From NCBI GenBank assembly GCA_040772905.1, contig JAXGXJ010000010.1, positions 26,701 to 90,700 on the forward strand: a stretch of DNA of 64,000 nucleotides, given 5' to 3'. The notes below the pieces were generated by a model that worked only from the letters and a program-made list of their open reading frames with translations, was not told where the DNA came from and did no database searches. The DNA comes from Thermoleophilia bacterium (GTDB lineage: Bacteria; Actinomycetota; Thermoleophilia; RBG-16-64-13). A program made the translations under genes and the position numbers. Positions 60,439 through 64,000 of this stretch are shown in pieces (within the stretch, counting starts at the first letter, position 1; every line of letters begins with the position of its first letter).

Positions 60439-63126
60439 ATGTTCCGACAGGCGTTTGTGACCGCACTGGTTCTCGCCACCGCCGTCTTTCTCGCGTGTGC
60501 CGTACCTGCACCTGCTGCGGACGGATCCCCGGTCGGCTGGACCGTCAGCCAGATAACCGAGAACAGTTCGGCCGACGAGTGGCCCCAGATCGATCCCAAC
60601 CACCCCAACGTGGTGTGGCAGCGGACGCTCCCCGGCAGAGACCCAGAGATATGGTGCTGGAACTTCGAGATCGGCGGCGGTCGCCAGCTGACGATCAACG
60701 ATACCCCTGACGTCTACCCGCAGATCTACGGCGACGCAGTCGTCTGGGAGGGCCAAGACACCGACGGCGATAAGGAGATCTACCTCTACCGCTTCTCAAG
60801 CGACTCCACCACCAAACTGACCGACAACACCTGGACGGACACCCAGGTGAAGATCCGCGGCTCCCTGGTCTGCTGGCTGAGTAGTAGCCCCGTGGGCGAC
60901 GCGATCTTCGTCTACAACGTGATCAATGGGACGCGCTGGATGCCGGCATCTGCCACGGGAGACCTCGCGCATCCGCAGACCGATGGGATGTGGGTGGTGT
61001 GGCAGGCGCAGCGGACCTCCGACCCGGGCGGCGACTGGGAGATCGAGTACTGGGACGGGACTACGACCCGCGCCCTCACCAACAACAGCTATGACGATTA
61101 CTTCCCAGAGATCGATCTGAATCGCATCGTCTGGGAAGGGCAAGACGGCATCGACTCGGAGATCTTCTATCACTACGGCGGGGTGACGACCAGGCTCACC
61201 AACGATGCGCGGAACGACGCCGAGCCTTTCGTGGGCGCGTCGATCGATCGAAGCACGGTGGCGTGGCGTCATCACGACGGCGACGATTGGGAGGTGCGCG
61301 CGGCGACCTTCGACCACGAGCGCTCCACGTGGACGTATGCCTCGGTCACCAACAACACAGCCAACGACCAGCCCACCGACGTCGATGGTAGCGCCGTGGC
61401 CTGGTTCGACACCTCCGGCGACTCTGACATCCACCTTTACCTGCCGACCCCTGACTTCCCCGCAGGCACCCTCCTCGACCTGAACAGTAATCCGTATGAC
61501 GACCGCCATCCTCGCATGGGAGCCGCGGGAGTGGTGTGGCAGGGTCGAGACTCCCACGGCGACTGGGAGATATTCGTGGCCGCCCCCGACGGCGAGCCTC
61601 CCATCACCAGGATCTTCCTTCCCGCCAGCGGAGCGGTGCTCAGTGTCTCGCCGGCCGTGATCTCCGGCCAGGTGACCGACGGCACCGCCGTGACTTCCGT
61701 ACAGGTATCAATCGACGGTGGCCCCTGGCAGGAGGCCGTCATCGACGCGGGCGCCGGAACCACACTGGCCACGTGGCACTACAACTGGATCCTGCCCACA
61801 GAGGACGCGAGCCCCGGGCACGTGATCCGCGCCCGCGCCTTCGACATGGTGGGCAACTCTCAGCCGAGCGCCGATGAGCCGCTGGTGTACGTCGACCGGG
61901 TGAGTCCGGTGATCAGCGGCTTCGTCATCAACGGCGGGGCCGCCCAGACCGACTCGACCGCCGTCACGCTCAGCTACACGGTCACCGACGGGTCACCCCT
62001 CATGCGCATGCGCTTCACCAACGACGCCACCACCTGGTCGGCATGGGAGCCGTACGCACCCACCAAGTCGTGGACCCTGACGAGCGGGCCGGGGACCAAG
62101 ACGGTGTGGTGCAGCTTCGAGGACGTGCATGGCAATGTGGCTGGAGATGGGCTGGTAAGCGACACCATCGAGTTGGTGTCCACTCTTCCGGGAACCAACC
62201 ATCCACCCACCGTCGATGCAGGTCCCAACCGGACCGTCGCAGCCGGCACGCTCATCGAATTGAGCGCCACCTTCACCGACGCCGACGCCTCCGACACCCA
62301 CACAGCCTCAGCCTTGATAAGCAGCGGTGGCGCCCCCGTCGACCTCATAGTGACTGAACCGGCAGGCGCCACTCCCGGACGAGCGACCGAGATGATCCGG
62401 CTGACCGAGCCGGGAACATATGTGGTCAGCTTCACGGTGACCGATGACAAGGGAGGCGTGGGGTCGGACGCGATAATGGTGACCGTCACCACCTCTCCCA
62501 CTCCCACGCCCTTCACAGACGTGCCGTCGGACACCCCCTATCATGACGCCATCTACGGCATGCGCGACGCGCACATCATCGACGGCTACCAAGTGGGAGA
62601 CACCTGGGAGTTCCGCCCCGGCAACACCGTCTACCGCGCTCAGTTCGCCAAGATGATCTGCGGAGTGATGGGGCTCGTGGTGCTGGTGGGGGACTGGCCC
62701 GACCCCGCAGTCCCCTTCACCGACCTGGGCACCGACATCATCCCGGGACCGGGCGTGGTCAACAGCCTCTACCCGCATGAATACGTGGCCCGCGCCTACC
62801 GTACAGGCATCACGCGCGGACAGACCGCCACCAACTTCGCCCCCTACGTGAGTATCAAGCGCGCTCAGCTGGTGACCATGATCGTGCGCGCCGTGCAGAA
62901 CCTGCGGCCCGAGGTGTTGCTGACTCCCCCGCCGAGCTACCGGTGCTCGCTGGGCGACTTCAGCCCTGATCACGCCGACAACGCGCGCATGGCCGAGTAC
63001 AACGGCCTGCTGGCCGGACTGATGGGTTTCGGGCCGTCCTGGGATCCGTGGAAGACGGCTTCCCGCGGCGAAGCGGCTCAGATGCTCTTCAATCTGCTCA
63101 TGCGTCTGAGATCCAGCGGGGGATGA
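60439..63126 (+). CDS. Secreted multi-domain surface protein: about 8 beta-propeller-type repeats, Ig-like and PKD domains, C-terminal triple SLH
   Basis: GGAAGGAGG RBS. Signal peptide MFRQAFVTALVLATAVFLACAVPAPA. Repeats of the form D.YPQI.GD.VVW.G.D..GD.EIYLY occur about eight times. PKD-like NHPPTVDAGPNRTVAAGTLIELSATFTDAD...VSFTVTDDKGGVGSD. SLH repeats end in ASRGEAAQMLFNL. Confidence 0.85.
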   Translation: MFRQAFVTALVLATAVFLACAVPAPAADGSPVGWTVSQITENSSADEWPQIDPNHPNVVWQRTLPGRDPEIWCWNFEIGGGRQLTINDTPDVYPQIYGDAVVWEGQDTDGDKEIYLYRFSSDSTTKLTDNTWTDTQVKIRGSLVCWLSSSPVGDAIFVYNVINGTRWMPASATGDLAHPQTDGMWVVWQAQRTSDPGGDWEIEYWDGTTTRALTNNSYDDYFPEIDLNRIVWEGQDGIDSEIFYHYGGVTTRLTNDARNDAEPFVGASIDRSTVAWRHHDGDDWEVRAATFDHERSTWTYASVTNNTANDQPTDVDGSAVAWFDTSGDSDIHLYLPTPDFPAGTLLDLNSNPYDDRHPRMGAAGVVWQGRDSHGDWEIFVAAPDGEPPITRIFLPASGAVLSVSPAVISGQVTDGTAVTSVQVSIDGGPWQEAVIDAGAGTTLATWHYNWILPTEDASPGHVIRARAFDMVGNSQPSADEPLVYVDRVSPVISGFVINGGAAQTDSTAVTLSYTVTDGSPLMRMRFTNDATTWSAWEPYAPTKSWTLTSGPGTKTVWCSFEDVHGNVAGDGLVSDTIELVSTLPGTNHPPTVDAGPNRTVAAGTLIELSATFTDADASDTHTASALISSGGAPVDLIVTEPAGATPGRATEMIRLTEPGTYVVSFTVTDDKGGVGSDAIMVTVTTSPTPTPFTDVPSDTPYHDAIYGMRDAHIIDGYQVGDTWEFRPGNTVYRAQFAKMICGVMGLVVLVGDWPDPAVPFTDLGTDIIPGPGVVNSLYPHEYVARAYRTGITRGQTATNFAPYVSIKRAQLVTMIVRAVQNLRPEVLLTPPPSYRCSLGDFSPDHADNARMAEYNGLLAGLMGFGPSWDPWKTASRGEAAQMLFNLLMRLRSSGG

Positions 63127-63204
63127 GCCGACGGGTATCGTCGCTCCGCCAGATGTCCTTACCCGGTGCTATGCTCGCAGCCGGCGAGAGGGGCGAGGAG
63201 CTTT

Positions 63205-64000
63205 GTGACGACGTTGCGCGGCAAGACGGTTCTCGTCACCGGTGCGGGGTCCGGCATCGGTAGGTCGATGGCGCTCACGCTGGCCCAGGAAGGGGCCGGG
63301 CTGGCGCTCGTGGACATCGATGTGGAGAGCGTGCGCGAGACGTCCTCGCTGTGCCGGTCGAGGGGAGCCAAGAGCGCAGCCTACTGCTGCGACATGGGAG
63401 CCCGTGCCAACATCGAAAACATGCTGGCACGGGCGAAAGGCGATCTCGGTCCCATGGACATCCTCATCAACAACGCCGGCACGCACGAGTATGAGTACGA
63501 AGACCTGAAGCGCACCATGATGGTGAACTTCGTGGGCGGCGCCTACCTCACCCGGCTCGTCCTTCCCCAGATGATGGAACGCGACGAAGGCCATATCGTG
63601 AACATGGCTTCGGTCATCGGGCTGGTGGCAATGCCGCGGATGGGGGAGTACGTGGCTTCGAAGTTCGCCATCGTCGGTTTCACCGAGACCATCCGCATGG
63701 AACTGAAGAAGGCAGGATATTCGGGCATCAAGACGCTCTGCGTGTGTACCACGGGCGTCGACACCGGTTTGTTCCCCGGTTACAGAGCCCCTCGCCTCAC
63801 ACCCCTCCTCAAGCCCGACACCGTGGCAAGGCGAGTGCTGAGAGCCATCGAGAAGGACAAGTCGCACTTGGAACTCCCTCTGGTGGCCAAGATCATCCCC
63901 GCCATGAAGCTGCTCCCGACGCCTGTACGCGATGCCATGCTGCGGGCGACCGGCTTCACCAGCAGCATGGCCCGGTATGAGGCCCGGGAACGGGCAGACG
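63205..64000 (+). CDS. Short-chain dehydrogenase/reductase (classical SDR); C-terminus outside the window
   Basis: Not in the ORF track because it has no stop in the window. The GTG at 63205 follows GAGGAG. LRGKTVLVTGAGSGIGRSMAL (TGxxxGxG), NNAG, and YVASKFAIVGF (YxxxK). Confidence 0.8.
   Translation, partial: MTTLRGKTVLVTGAGSGIGRSMALTLAQEGAGLALVDIDVESVRETSSLCRSRGAKSAAYCCDMGARANIENMLARAKGDLGPMDILINNAGTHEYEYEDLKRTMMVNFVGGAYLTRLVLPQMMERDEGHIVNMASVIGLVAMPRMGEYVASKFAIVGFTETIRMELKKAGYSGIKTLCVCTTGVDTGLFPGYRAPRLTPLLKPDTVARRVLRAIEKDKSHLELPLVAKIIPAMKLLPTPVRDAMLRATGFTSSMARYEARERAD

Overview
High-GC bacterial chromosomal segment with about 55 protein genes, one tRNA and no rRNA, CRISPR array, transposase or integrase. 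All assignments come from reading motifs in the supplied translations and the DNA; no database search was possible. Many long ORFs in the track are antisense artefacts of high GC and were discarded. Layout: (1) 1-19.9 kb is a surface-glycan locus. It holds rmlC/rmlD, SDR epimerases, five glycosyltransferases, an initiating phosphoglycosyl transferase, a DegT aminotransferase, a Wzy_C/O-antigen-ligase-family membrane protein and a Wzz-tyrosine autokinase. It also holds an MTTase-like radical SAM enzyme and an embedded beta-helix protein with poly-Thr/Pro linkers and SLH anchors. (2) 21-27.6 kb is a molybdate/tungstate ABC transporter co-operonic with, and divergent from, three paralogous secreted SUOX-fold-like proteins. 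(3) An isolated carB. (4) 31-40.4 kb is a candidate polyphenol catabolic cluster: two TAT-lipoprotein binding proteins, a pyrogallol-hydroxytransferase-like Mo enzyme, an amidohydrolase_2 decarboxylase and a CocE/NonD hydrolase. A strongly promoted candidate small RNA lies in its convergent gap. (5) Housekeeping and accessory genes: tadA, MBL hydrolase, CDF transporter, Phd/VapC toxin-antitoxin pair and tRNA-Ser(CGA). (6) 45.2-48.6 kb is a run of frameshifted SLH surface-protein genes. (7) LRR lipoprotein, cupin, and a canonical Mo-oxidoreductase with a membrane partner. (8) A DUF5674-like / helical protein / lhr / nei co-directional string. (9) An ECF sigma / anti-sigma / YbjQ operon divergent from a 900-aa beta-propeller-PKD-SLH protein. 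Recurrent triple-SLH modules, TAT lipoproteins and lhr-nei linkage suggest a Gram-positive-type, possibly actinobacterial-like anaerobe, but taxonomy cannot be fixed from this window.
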